Shown piece after piece: positions 48,689 to 59,074 of a stretch of 64,000 nucleotides of DNA. Below the pieces are notes generated by a model. The model worked only from the letters and a program-made list of their open reading frames with translations. It made no database searches and was not told where the DNA came from. Origin of the DNA: a virus; the IMG/VR virus record IMGVR_UViG_3300039106_000653, positions 5,388 through 69,387 of that record, one strand, 5' to 3'. How positions within the stretch are numbered: the first letter of the stretch is position 1; every line of letters begins with the position of its first letter. The position numbers and the translations under genes were made by a program.

Positions 48689-48955
48689 TTAAACAATGTT
48701 TAATTGTTGGTTAAAAAAAGGGGTGTTTAATTCTATTGATGCTATAAAACAAGGCTTTGCATCTAACTCATTGCTTGGTATGTAGCCTAGATTACAGTGT
48801 AGGTATATGCTGCTTCTTGATTTCCCAATTACTAAGCACGGAGTCATATCTATAATTTCTCTAGCATTGAATGCGTCAGACTGAATTACAGTGATGCCGT
48901 TTAGTTGATTATTCTGCATAAGCCTGCCCTGGACTTGCTCTGCCTGCTGGCTCAA
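48689..48955 (-). CDS. Hypothetical protein (probable start 48919)
   Basis: AT-richer ORF overlapping the portal stop. Confidence 0.35.
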   Translation of the reverse strand: MSQQAEQVQGRLMQNNQLNGITVIQSDAFNAREIIDMTPCLVIGKSRSSIYLHCNLGYIPSNELDAKPCFIASIELNTPFFNQQLNIV

Positions 48956-51485
48956 CTAGTGGGCTTGATGCTTGCGTATTATGCTTATACAAGTCCTTTC
49001 CAGAGATTGAATGATGCTTCTGTAGGTCTGCCGCCATAGCTTCTTGACTTAGTTCTTTCTGAGTCTTAAGCTTCAGCGCATCCCTAGCGACATCCACTTT
49101 AAGCTCCTGTTCTACCTGCTGCCATGTGAGGTTGTGTTGCATGGCGTATTGCATCATCACATTCTGATTGCGCAGCTTTTCCATAGCAATTTCATGTTCG
49201 CGTTGTCTTTCAGCTTCGTCCATTTTGATTGACAGTTGGGTTGCAGCAAGTCTTTCTTTATATTCAAGTTCTTGCATAGTTTCAGCGTTCTTAAGCTGTA
49301 GATTCTGAGCTTCGGACTGTGCGTTAAGCTGTGCAATCTGTATAGCTGACTGCGATCTGATATTTGCAGCTTCAATTTGTGGTGGTGCTGGTGGTTGCTG
49401 CTGTGCTGCTTCTGCTTTTTCTGCATCTGTAAGCATTAGAGGTTTATAGTCCACCTTGTTTGCTTTGAGCATCTGTTCTAGCCAGCGAGCATAAGACATA
49501 CCAGATTGTGGGTTCATGACTAGCGGTGCGATCTGACTTAAAAACTGATTAGATGCGTCACGCTCGTACAGTGATGTGCTACCCATAGCTTGAATTTGGA
49601 AGTCGCCCTTGCAACTATCATCCTCACCGTACACCATCAGCCATTCATAATAGCGTTTCAGATGCGGAACTAACCGATCATCGAAATTACGAGCGACTCT
49701 GCGTAATGCTGTATTGCTGTTGTTCTGTAATAGTTGTCTACCTTGAGCTGTCTCAGGACTTCCACCTTGGCTGCCTTGCATCATTAAGGGCATTTGACAG
49801 AGCTTCTCTGCCATTTCCATTGACATCTTAATGATTTCCATGAGTTCAGCTTGTAGGCTTGGTATCACTATAGAACTCATGGCGTGCTGCACTTGTCCTG
49901 CATCTGCATTAGCATCTGCTAGCCAAATCTTGCGTGGTGTAAGCTCCCATTCGCCGTCTGCTGGTGTAATCACGCCATCTTTCAGTATGATCTGTGGCCC
50001 AGCACTGATTCCAGCGTTATCCATGAGATTACGAACTGCTGCATTAAGCTTGCGTTGTTCAGTACGAATGATGCGACCAATGCCTTTGCCCCAAGGAGAA
50101 TCATTGATTTCTTGCCATACAAAGATGTCATAAGGGAACTCACCGCTATCTAGCACGCTTAGTGTAGCTTTGATAACGCGATCATTAACCATTGTCACGA
50201 CAACTGGTGTCACTTCGTCATCATCACATTCACAGCCTGCTGCTCTGAGTTCTTCTGCGTTAGCGAATCCGTGGTAGTACCATATTTCGTATCTATCGTT
50301 TTCACTCTTGTTATTGCGCTTGTCGTTATCGTTCTCGTAGGCTTTATTCGGCCCCTCTTTCAGAATGATCTTGATTTGGTCATCTAGGTAATCTTGACCG
50401 AGAAACTCTTGCAACTGTTTTGATGTGATGTTGTCGCGCTCAAATACAAACGAGCCATTGTGAATATCATCGCCGCACGCTGGGTCTGGGTATAGATTCC
50501 AAGGACTGATGAACTTACTACCTGGCTGTACACGGTCTACTTTGATAAGCTCCATGCCGAAAGGTGTTTTGCGTGACTCACGCGAGGTTACTCGATAGGG
50601 GAACGGGCCTTTTAATACGCCTGAGCCTATTTTAGCCATGCTCTGAATATTCTTTCTTAGCTCACCTACCCAACCAGATTCTTCAAGCCAATCCCAGATT
50701 TGCTGTTCTGCCTTCTCTGCTGCTTCTTGCGCTTCGTCTTGAACTTTAGCTTGTGCTAGTTCTTCGGGCGTCTGCGGCGCATTTGGCTGCGCTGCTTGCG
50801 GTTGAGCGCCCATCATTGCAGCTAACGGATTGCCTTGTGCTGCTGGTAAACCTTGCTGTGCTGCTTGCGGTAGTCCTGCTGGTTGTGCTGGTGGCAGTCC
50901 TTGTGGCTGCATACCTTGCATAGCATCAGGTTGCATAGCACTAGCATCTTGCCCCACATCGGAGGGAGGTGCAGACTGTAGCACAGGGGTTACCTGAGCT
51001 GAGCCTACAGCCTGACCTGTTTTATCGAATGAGCCTAAGATTTTCTCTAACAATCCGCTATGGTCATTACTCATTTTGGATTGAAGATCGTTTTTTAGAC
51101 TTGCTACACTGGTAGCGATTGGTGTGGGTTTGAAGGAAAACTGTTTATCATTTGTCGGCGTTAGCATGTCTACTGCGCGAGCTGCGCATAGATCAACATA
51201 CATTTGCGTGATTGGAGTGTATAGCGTACAACCTGAGATTTCGCCTTCGTTAGTAGAGTAGGTTACTCTGCCGTTCATCGAAGTTGGTTTGTAATACTGC
51301 TCATGGCTGTTGAACTCATCTATCGCGTCATAAGCATCTTCATCTTCCTGCCAGATTTTCTCAATGCCGCTTTCTCTGCGGTACTTGACTGCTTCTTTGC
51401 GTTTGCCAGCTAAGTTGCCAGCGAACGCCATAAGTATTTCTAACTGTTGATCTTCTTCAGTATTAGCGCCAAATATATCTATCAT
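48909..51485 (-). CDS. Portal protein with a Q/P/A-rich insertion
   Basis: Follows TerL; GSGVLKGP, SPWNLYPDP, PWGKG, DNAGISAGPQ; Q-rich barrel-like C-terminus. Confidence 0.92.
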   Translation of the reverse strand: MIDIFGANTEEDQQLEILMAFAGNLAGKRKEAVKYRRESGIEKIWQEDEDAYDAIDEFNSHEQYYKPTSMNGRVTYSTNEGEISGCTLYTPITQMYVDLCAARAVDMLTPTNDKQFSFKPTPIATSVASLKNDLQSKMSNDHSGLLEKILGSFDKTGQAVGSAQVTPVLQSAPPSDVGQDASAMQPDAMQGMQPQGLPPAQPAGLPQAAQQGLPAAQGNPLAAMMGAQPQAAQPNAPQTPEELAQAKVQDEAQEAAEKAEQQIWDWLEESGWVGELRKNIQSMAKIGSGVLKGPFPYRVTSRESRKTPFGMELIKVDRVQPGSKFISPWNLYPDPACGDDIHNGSFVFERDNITSKQLQEFLGQDYLDDQIKIILKEGPNKAYENDNDKRNNKSENDRYEIWYYHGFANAEELRAAGCECDDDEVTPVVVTMVNDRVIKATLSVLDSGEFPYDIFVWQEINDSPWGKGIGRIIRTEQRKLNAAVRNLMDNAGISAGPQIILKDGVITPADGEWELTPRKIWLADANADAGQVQHAMSSIVIPSLQAELMEIIKMSMEMAEKLCQMPLMMQGSQGGSPETAQGRQLLQNNSNTALRRVARNFDDRLVPHLKRYYEWLMVYGEDDSCKGDFQIQAMGSTSLYERDASNQFLSQIAPLVMNPQSGMSYARWLEQMLKANKVDYKPLMLTDAEKAEAAQQQPPAPPQIEAANIRSQSAIQIAQLNAQSEAQNLQLKNAETMQELEYKERLAATQLSIKMDEAERQREHEIAMEKLRNQNVMMQYAMQHNLTWQQVEQELKVDVARDALKLKTQKELSQEAMAADLQKHHSISGKDLYKHNTQASSPLVEPAGRASPGQAYAE

Positions 51486-51488
51486 TAA

Positions 51489-52721
51489 TTAATAGCCTGC
51501 GCTCCTGTCTCTAAATGTGTGTTTCGGCAGGATAATCGTTCTATTCTGCGTTTTAGTGAACTTGCGAGCTGACTCTAAGCTGTAGCGTAATGCGTCAATT
51601 ACATGGTTTTCTTTATCTTCTAGGTGTGGCTGCACTTGACCAGTTAATTTATCTACTTTATAGCTATACATCGTTAGCTCTTTGATAGTCTCTACGCAGC
51701 GTGGATGCACAATAATGTCAAAAGACTGTAGAAACTCGATACCATCTTCTATGCTGCCTTTGCCTTTTGATGCTTTATTGATCTTCGGAAAACCGTGCCG
51801 CTGCATATAGCTGATAGTTTCAGGGCGTGCTGAGTCTGCTGTGATGAAAAACTTGCGTGAGTCAGGAACACGATCAAATAGCATTGGTAGTTGGTCTATC
51901 TCACATCCGACCATGTATGCTTCATAGTCTATATAGAGCTTGCGACCATCTACGCGGCATCTGACAAGTACACTAGGGTCTACACTAAATCCCCAATCAG
52001 CACCAAGGTAGTAAGTCACATTGTCTGGACTATCGAACTCTTGCACTTTCCAATTCTTGAATACTCTTGAATCACTATTAGTCTTATACTTACCTTCCCA
52101 AACATGCAGATACTTGTCGTAGTCGCGTGCGCGGTCAAATTCCATTTCGTCTTTTAAAACATCGGGGAATTTGGGGTTGTCGTAGTAGTTAGCCTCTATG
52201 ACGATGCTAGACTCAGGTACAGATTCACCACGCAAGAACGCATCAATCGGGTCTGTTTCGTACTCTGGATTCCATGAAAACCATATTTCTGAATCAGGTT
52301 TGCGGATAGTTGGGCGCAATAAGTCTAGGCTGCGCTGTGATAAACTCTGAGCTTCTTCGCACCACGCTATATCAAAACCCTCTAGTGACTTGATACTGTC
52401 GCTAGTGTGGTTCTGCATACCATTGAATATCATCAGACCGCCGCGTTTATCCTTAATGACTGATTCTTGTATTTCAAAGAAGTCATTAAGTTGAAACTGA
52501 TCTATCTTAGATTCTATTAATTTCTTGACTGATTGATTAAGCGACTTCTGAATCTCACGAACACAGACCGTATCTGTTTTTTTCTGATAGTGACGCTCTA
52601 CAACTGACTCAGCAAAGAAGTGACTTTTTCCTGAACCCCTCCCGCCGTGTACGCCTTTATATCTGCTTGGCTGTAGCAGAGGCTCGAACACTTTGGCAGT
52701 CTCGATCACTAATGCCGTCAT
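51489..52721 (-). CDS. terL: Terminase large subunit, PBSX family
   Basis: GGRGSGKS, CVREIQ, KSLEG, WCEEA, PTIRK, GADWGF, NHVIDALRY. Confidence 0.97.
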   Translation of the reverse strand: MTALVIETAKVFEPLLQPSRYKGVHGGRGSGKSHFFAESVVERHYQKKTDTVCVREIQKSLNQSVKKLIESKIDQFQLNDFFEIQESVIKDKRGGLMIFNGMQNHTSDSIKSLEGFDIAWCEEAQSLSQRSLDLLRPTIRKPDSEIWFSWNPEYETDPIDAFLRGESVPESSIVIEANYYDNPKFPDVLKDEMEFDRARDYDKYLHVWEGKYKTNSDSRVFKNWKVQEFDSPDNVTYYLGADWGFSVDPSVLVRCRVDGRKLYIDYEAYMVGCEIDQLPMLFDRVPDSRKFFITADSARPETISYMQRHGFPKINKASKGKGSIEDGIEFLQSFDIIVHPRCVETIKELTMYSYKVDKLTGQVQPHLEDKENHVIDALRYSLESARKFTKTQNRTIILPKHTFRDRSAGY

Positions 52722-52978
52722 TAATGCTGAAAATCGTCCTTCAATATCTTGCGTTGAATCTCAGTAAACTGTAAATCTAATCCACCACTGACAGTCTGAT
52801 CTATCGCCTTCATATCAGGTAACAGCTTTTTCAAGATGATCTCAGTAGCTTTTAACTGCGTCTGAGTCATTTCAATTTCCCCTTCAGCACACTTCTGCAA
52901 ACGATTCATTAGATTGCCAACACGGACGCCGTCTTTCCACTTCTCGTTTAGTTCAATGCGTCTTGTTCTAGCTGCCAT
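52721..52978 (-). CDS. terS: Terminase small subunit
   Basis: Coupled upstream of terL; TQLKATEIILKKLLPDMKA motif. Confidence 0.75.
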   Translation of the reverse strand: MAARTRRIELNEKWKDGVRVGNLMNRLQKCAEGEIEMTQTQLKATEIILKKLLPDMKAIDQTVSGGLDLQFTEIQRKILKDDFQH

Positions 52979-53087
52979 TAATTACCTCATAGCAATAAAA
53001 CACAATATCAAATAAGCCTAAATTCACTTTGTTGATTTTGTTATGTTTTTTAAAGCATGTGTTAATCATGACTTAGACTGTTTTCGC

Positions 53088-53570
53088 TTACTCGTTATAT
53101 CCACTAGGCATTCCAAGTTTCGGAGTTTTCTTCGTTACTCCCTGAACTTGCAATCCACCTTTAGCCATACCGACATCAAACGGACTAACACCACCCGACA
53201 TATGCTCTTCAAGCTTCATCTTCGCTACTTTGAGAGCTGCATCAATGCTATCTACTGTTTGCATACCTGAGTCATCGTCACTGGTCATGCTCTCTTGCGA
53301 CATAGCGGTTTGGTCTGTGACTTCTGTGTTCTCACTCCCGGCTGTCTCTTCTGCTTCTTGACCGACTTTAACTGTACCATCTGAGTAGACCTCTATTGTG
53401 ATTGCAAACTCTGGCGCTTCTGGTTGTTGTTCACTATCCTGGGCAGGATTAGATAAGGCCGGATCATCGCCAGTCGGCATAGATTGCGCTGAGTTAATCT
53501 GGGGTTTTGCAAACGGACTGAGAGCCATAAATACCTTTATTAAACATTGTTCAATTAATCGGCAACACAT
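53088..53570 (-). CDS. Acidic hypothetical protein upstream of terS (probable start 53528)
   Basis: AAGGT SD before MALSPF; E/D/Q-rich. Confidence 0.55.
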   Translation of the reverse strand: MCCRLIEQCLIKVFMALSPFAKPQINSAQSMPTGDDPALSNPAQDSEQQPEAPEFAITIEVYSDGTVKVGQEAEETAGSENTEVTDQTAMSQESMTSDDDSGMQTVDSIDAALKVAKMKLEEHMSGGVSPFDVGMAKGGLQVQGVTKKTPKLGMPSGYNE

Positions 53571-53694
53571 GCCGCATTTATTTATCCCAAATATAGCACA
53601 TATCTATATATAGTGCAAGCGAAAAACAAAAACTACTATATATTGTGTTTTCATTTATTTTTACAAGTATTCGCAAATAAATCGCACATAAGTG

Positions 53695-53723
53695 TTGACA
53701 AGGTACGATAAAAGGTAAATAAT
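53695..53723 (+). promoter_or_regulatory. Sigma70 promoter with an overlapping inverted repeat
   Basis: TTGACA-17 bp-AATAAT; AAAAGGT...ACCTTTT flanks the -10. Confidence 0.6.
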
Positions 53724-53760
53724 AAGTCACCTTTTAAAGAAAAGGCTTTTTAATCAACTG

Positions 53761-54492
53761 ATGCTATCAAATGAGATAGCGGGGAATGAGACAATGAAAA
53801 ACTTTAATCAAGTATCAAAAGTAGTTATTGGAAAATTCATTTTTACTCAACATGAGCATGTTGAATGGAATATGAACCGCTACTCTAAAGGCTGGCATCG
53901 TCAGCATGGAGGAGTTAAAGAAGTATCTAATAGACGCGTTATAATCTCAAAGGCAGACAAACGCGTTAAAGGCGGATTTAAAACACTGGCTACCGTGCCT
54001 TTTGATGCTTGGCGAGGTAATGTGTTGCTACAGGCAATTAAAGAAAGCGGTTTATTTACACCACCAGAATCTACACTCAACTTATCTATTCGACTTGATA
54101 AATTTTATGATGGTAGATTGATTAGAGTTATGGGCAAGCTAAGAATATACGAACGCACTTTATTAGGTGAGTTTGTGGACTATTGCGTTGTGCTTAACGG
54201 CGTAACCTATCACGCTGAAACTATTCGTGATGCTGTCAAGGGTATTCACACTAAAATCAAAGCAGCATTCAAAAAAGTTAATGAACCGATCTCATATAAA
54301 CTCTGCAAAGATTTAGGCTTTTGTGATAACGGTATTAGAGCGTTTTGTGATGCCTTTGGGTTGTCAATCAAGGACACTTTTAGTCCAGCTTACATTGAAT
54401 CACTAGTAAAGGCGGAGCCAAGCAAAGCAGCACCTTTTGAATCTGAGTTAAGGACTATGGCTAAGGCTCTTAATTATAATATTTCAATTTAA
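53761..54492 (+). CDS. Hypothetical protein (probable start 53794)
   Basis: Long ORF after the promoter; C-terminal LGFC..GIRAFC motif. Confidence 0.6.
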   Translation: MLSNEIAGNETMKNFNQVSKVVIGKFIFTQHEHVEWNMNRYSKGWHRQHGGVKEVSNRRVIISKADKRVKGGFKTLATVPFDAWRGNVLLQAIKESGLFTPPESTLNLSIRLDKFYDGRLIRVMGKLRIYERTLLGEFVDYCVVLNGVTYHAETIRDAVKGIHTKIKAAFKKVNEPISYKLCKDLGFCDNGIRAFCDAFGLSIKDTFSPAYIESLVKAEPSKAAPFESELRTMAKALNYNISI

Positions 54493-54503
54493 CACTAACG
54501 CGC

Positions 54504-54986
54504 ATGGATGCGTATAAACCTGGAAATAACATGGCTACTAAAAAGAGCGTTTTCTTATCTGATCTCACTACCAACTGGATAGAGGTCACAACCAAAAAAG
54601 ATGATTTTGAGCAAGGGGCGAAATGGTCAGAAGCTATTAATGCTACATTCGAGCAACTAATATATTTGGTTAGATCATCATTGCCAGAATTAAGTGTAAA
54701 AGAATGGGAAATTATACTGAATGTCTACGCTGGCTGTTATTTTCCAGCCCATGGTGTACCCGCTAGAATTGCATCTGACATTATGGATAATTTTGGTGAG
54801 GTAGATATTGATGATATTAAGCCAGAATTAGCCGCTTTTGTGCGTAAAACTCATGCTATGAGCCAAACCGAACAATTAGCAATATTATATGTGGCGCAAA
54901 TGTTTTTGTCTAAAAACTGGGGTTCATATAATGATTTTCAGGATATTATTAACGCTATTAAAAAAGCAATGATTCCGCAAAAATAA
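54504..54986 (+). CDS. Putative ribbon-helix-helix-like regulator (probable start 54531)
   Basis: N-terminal KKSVFLSD strand followed by helices (WSEAIN). Confidence 0.5.
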   Translation: MDAYKPGNNMATKKSVFLSDLTTNWIEVTTKKDDFEQGAKWSEAINATFEQLIYLVRSSLPELSVKEWEIILNVYAGCYFPAHGVPARIASDIMDNFGEVDIDDIKPELAAFVRKTHAMSQTEQLAILYVAQMFLSKNWGSYNDFQDIINAIKKAMIPQK

Positions 54987-55107
54987 ATACTGTATGGTAA
55001 TAATATTTATATACTATTACCAGTTATTTTGATAAAATAATTACGCATTGGAATTGCACCCCATAACTCAAGGATAAGAGCATTAATAACCATAATTAGA
55101 GGTTAAC

Positions 55108-56058
55108 ATGAAAGCAGTATTATCATCACTCGTTATTAAGGTCATGTACATCAAGGTACAGTCAGAGTTTAAGATGTCACCGTTACCAAGGCATGTAAAG
55201 TTTCATGTACTCGATCAGGCTTATAGCATGTACGGAAAAGGTAGATTCACAACACTGGCAGGGCTTAGATTTATCTCTAAGCAACTTGCAACGCTAGAAA
55301 ACGAGTTACCATACTTTAACTAATGCACACCAAGCCAAGGAAGGCTTTAATCAGGGGAATACTATGCTTACTTCTTTATGTGCAAAATCAAAACGGACTC
55401 TTACCGACAAAGAACAAAATCAAGTATTTGATCTTGAGAGAGAGTTTATTAAATCTCGATCTGATTCGGATAAGGCAAACATTATATTAACTTTGCGTGA
55501 AGTGTTTTGGATTACTGATTTTTCTGGTGCTCCGTTTTTTATTAGATCAGATATAGTCAGTTAGCTATAACTCTACCCTTTTATAACCATCGAATTACGA
55601 GAGGTTCTTATTATGACTATTTACAGAAATAAAAGATTGGGGCAGTATGTTTGTGTACTGCATTATGGTAATGATCTTATTGTATCTTGTGGCCTTACCA
55701 GGATGGATGCAATGAGCAATGCTTTCAGGGGGATTTTATGACTATTATGCTTGATATTGCTAAAGAAGTACCTATCAATGCTACAGACCATCGAGGAAGA
55801 TTGCTTTTTGACCTTGATCTTAACTCTCAAGGTAGACTTACTAAGCCATATCTAACAATCAACATTCCTGTGAACTTTACCACTTATGATGGCAAAATTC
55901 ATGACTCGCATTCAGGTGCTTTAATAGTTGATTTTGAAAATGTACTAGATGAAGCATTAAAGTCATTTAGTGAAAGAGAACTAATTGAAGAATTAATATC
56001 TATATACAAAGTTCTTAACATTTACGCCGAAAAATATAAAAAAGCCATACTGGAATAA
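55108..56058 (+). other. Small hypothetical genes (55108..55323, 55364..55564, 55687..56058)
   Basis: Each has a GAGG/GGGG SD. Confidence 0.45.
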
Positions 56059-56060
56059 CC

Positions 56061-56306
56061 ATGCACCTACCAGACTCAAGAACTCATAATCCAGACCCAG
56101 CTTATTTAAGATCACTTATCGAGCAAGCTGGTCTATCTCAGCGTAAAGTTGCTATCTATCTTGGGATAAGCGATAGAAGCATGAGAAAGTATTTTAGTCT
56201 TGAGCATGGTGGTGATTGTCCTTATACAGTGCAGTATTGCTTAGAAGTGTTGGCAATGAATCCCAAGATAAAAACTAATGCACACCAAAATAACAGCAAC
56301 GAATAA
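56061..56306 (+). CDS. XRE-like helix-turn-helix protein
   Basis: LRSLIEQAGLSQRKVAIYLGISDRSMRKY. Confidence 0.8.
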   Translation: MHLPDSRTHNPDPAYLRSLIEQAGLSQRKVAIYLGISDRSMRKYFSLEHGGDCPYTVQYCLEVLAMNPKIKTNAHQNNSNE

Positions 56307-56308
56307 AG

Positions 56309-57544
56309 GTGATTATCATGACAGAACTACAATACTGGGAAGAATGTATTTTACTTGGTGCAGAAGAATGCAATCTAAATTTAAATGCAGAACAACTTAA
56401 TTCACTTGCTACCAGCGCCATGGGCGGGCATGAAAACTATGATCTAGCCTTTTATTCACCACATGCTATCGACCTGATGCGCTCTTTTGAAAAAGCACAT
56501 CAGGATGAATTATCCAAACTTAAGTCTGAACTTAACGAGTATCAGATAGCGGCAGGGGAAGCCATAAGAAAATCGTTAAAACTTCCAGTGTATGCCAAAG
56601 TACAAATAAACAAAGATGGTAGTATTGTCAGGAATGACTAACGCCACTATTTACACGCTACTTTAACATGATTTACGTTAAAAGTCAATGCGTTACACGA
56701 TAAACAGGTGATACAATGAAATTAAAAGACTTTATCGAAATGGTAGAAAAATTAAAAACTTTAGACCCTGATACTCCAATAGTTTTACTTGATGAAGTAT
56801 CACGCGAATTTGCAAGAAAAGGAGAGCATTGCAGAATAGCTGTTAGAGAATTTAGTTATGGCAATAGCGAGAGCAATCCCACATTAATTCTTCACAACAC
56901 ACGATAATCCAACTTAGACAGGTGATACCATGAAAGAACATCTAAACCATATTGGGTATATAACCGAAGCCACCTTAAAATCTCTACAAAAACGCGGGAG
57001 AGACTTGTGCTTAATATACCGAACAAACCCAACAACAAAAGATATTCCCGCCTACGCAAATTGTCAGCAAATGTTAAACCGTATTTCTGAACTAGAAGAT
57101 GAGAATAAACTTCTTAGAGAAAGGTTAGACGCACAAGCTAAAGTAATTCTAACGCAAGGTAGTTGATGGGAGTAAATGAAAGTAACAATAGAAGTTGAAT
57201 TAGTAGACGATCTTGGTCAATCCGTGGAGAACCCAGATCCGTGTATGGGCTGCATATTTGAGCCTTTGCATGATTGCAAAGAAGCTTTTACAAACGCCAC
57301 AGGGCTTAAATGCGATGAATCCCATAAGAAACTAATAGTATTTAGCCCCAAAGACCAAGAGAAAGTTGGGAGTCCTTCAGGTATGAGTCTAAAAACACTT
57401 GAGGAAGGAAGAAGGAACCTAGAAACCCTCCTCAAACAACGTCAATCTAATACAAAAGAAGCTATGGTATCTAGGTTTAATGTGGATGATGAACTTGAAT
57501 GGCTACGTCAGTGGGCGGGGGAAAAGGTTGATAAACATGGTTAA
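56309..57544 (+). other. Small hypothetical genes (56309..56641, 56716..56907, 56930..57166, 57176..57544)
   Basis: Same-strand ORFs; identical ACAGGTGATAC SD context before 56716 and 56930. Confidence 0.5.
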
Positions 57545-57686
57545 AGTAAATTCCAATGAACTATCAGGTATAGCCTTAGATTGGGCTGTATCTATTTGCG
57601 AGAGGGAACCCATTGAGTTATTCAAGGTTGATCCTGATAATAAGGCGTCAGTACAGAATTTTTATACTGACGCCATGAATAATTAA
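57537..57686 (+). pseudogene. Truncated NinX/DUF2591-like gene
   Basis: ELSGIALDWAV N-terminal motif; ends abruptly at the convergent YHYH mini-gene. Confidence 0.5.
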
Positions 57687-57808
57687 TGGCAGTGCCAAGA
57701 ACCTGTTCTGTGATCCATGTGGCAGCCGTTAGCATCAGCGCCGCCCGAGTGTGCAATAACATTACTTGATAAAGTTAGCGCCAAAGCTAAAGCAAATATA
57801 ATTTTCAT
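57683..57808 (-). CDS. Secreted 41-aa YHYH-domain-like peptide (not in the ORF track)
   Basis: MKIIFALALALTLSSNVIA|HSGGADANGCHMDHRTGSWHCH*; GAGG SD. Confidence 0.8.
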   Translation of the reverse strand: MKIIFALALALTLSSNVIAHSGGADANGCHMDHRTGSWHCH

Positions 57809-57962
57809 CTTTAATACCTCGTGTTAATAGTTAAAAACATGTACTGCAAACTGATACTATCATGATTATTAGTCGAAATCTGTTAACTATCTCACTAATT
57901 TTGTTTTTTATCAAGGTAAGATAATTTAGTATTTGAAATACATTTAATTATTTACCTACAAA

Positions 57963-57991
57963 TTTACTTTTATATTGTTTCGTGGTATGTT
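57963..57991 (+). promoter_or_regulatory. Promoter of c4/antirepressor operon 2
   Basis: TTTACT-17 bp-TATGTT with TGn extension. Confidence 0.55.
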
Positions 57992-58104
57992 ATCTCTAGT
58001 TGCACCACATTGTGCGACCGGGCTTGACATCCCGAAATACCAAGGCGCATGACAACGCCGCATTTTAGCGGTTTTTTTTATGCGTAAAACATCCCTTCTA
58101 TTAT

Positions 58105-58176
58105 GGCGGGGTGAATTAGGCCATCGAAAGGTGGGCCGGTACTTGGTTCCGGTATGTCAACCTGATTCACTCCGCC
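58105..58176 (+). ncRNA. c4-like antisense RNA 2
   Basis: 16-bp outer stem GGCGGGGTGAATTAGG/CCTGATTCACTCCGCC and a GAAA tetraloop. b' CTTGGTT and a' ATGTCAA complement a1/b1 (TTGACAT 58024, ACCAAG 58039) and a2/b2 (TTGGCAT 58185, AACCAAG 58215). Confidence 0.88.
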
Positions 58177-58231
58177 GCCCAAGTTTGGCATATTGGCAGC
58201 GGTTTATATTTCTTAACCAAGAGTCAATATA

Positions 58232-59074
58232 ATGAACAACAGTTCTACACAAACCGCACTACAGCAATTCTCTTTTGAATCTCAGTCTATCCGTATTATA
58301 TCGGATGAAAACGGAGCACCTTGGTTTATTGCCAAGGATGTAGCCTCACTACTTGGCTATGCAAATACAAGAGAAACTATAATCAAACATTGCAAAAAAT
58401 CTAAGTCATTGAAAGATATAGGGGTAGCGATTCACGACCCCTATACAAATCAACAACTTGACACACAAACAAAAGCAATACCCGAGTCCGATGTCTATCG
58501 CTTAATAATGCGTTCAAACCTTGAATCTGCCGATAAGTTTCAAGAATGGGTTTGTGATGAAGTGTTACCAGCTATCCGCAAAACTGGAAGTTACTCAGTT
58601 GACACAAGTCGCCAAGACTTCAATAACTCAATCAGAGAACTTAACCCCTCTCGTCTAGCTAAAACCCACCGTTCAATGCTGGCTATCGCCAAGCTTAATG
58701 GATTAAAAGGTAATCAAGCTATTATCAGCGCCGATAGAGCAACCACTAAACTAGAGGGACACTCAACTTTAGCTTTGCTTGGTATAGATTTAATCGCCGA
58801 AGTTAAGGAAAAAACACTTAACCCCACTGAAATAGGTATGCAACTAGGGAATATATCTGCTCAAAGTGTTAACAAGATGCTGAAAGAACGCGGATACCAG
58901 ATAAGTTTCAGAGATTGTCACAATAATTTACAGTGGGATGCTACTGATAAAGGTAAGCCATATGGTGAAATGGCTGATGTTGGAAAGAAAAATAATGAAG
59001 GAGCGCCCATTAAGCAATGGCGCTGGTATTCATCAATTATTGAGCAATTAAAATCATTGGAGTCAGTAGCATGA
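58232..59074 (+). CDS. Bro-N antirepressor-like protein
   Basis: PWFIAKDVASLLGY, IPESDVYRLIMRS, FQEWVCDEVLPAIRKTGSY; C-terminal PTEIG...VNKML. Confidence 0.92.
   Translation: MNNSSTQTALQQFSFESQSIRIISDENGAPWFIAKDVASLLGYANTRETIIKHCKKSKSLKDIGVAIHDPYTNQQLDTQTKAIPESDVYRLIMRSNLESADKFQEWVCDEVLPAIRKTGSYSVDTSRQDFNNSIRELNPSRLAKTHRSMLAIAKLNGLKGNQAIISADRATTKLEGHSTLALLGIDLIAEVKEKTLNPTEIGMQLGNISAQSVNKMLKERGYQISFRDCHNNLQWDATDKGKPYGEMADVGKKNNEGAPIKQWRWYSSIIEQLKSLESVA

Noticed and set aside
53600-53620. Extra integrase arm site ATAGTGCA
   Set aside because: Single 8-mer far from attP with no phased partners; compatible with chance
54985-55025. LexA box at TACTGTATG
   Set aside because: No CAG at the required CTG-N10-CAG spacing; better explained as a hairpin
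58105-58176. tRNA (cloverleaf-like fold)
   Set aside because: No TTC T-loop, D-loop or CCA; the loops match flanking a/b targets, so it is a c4-type RNA
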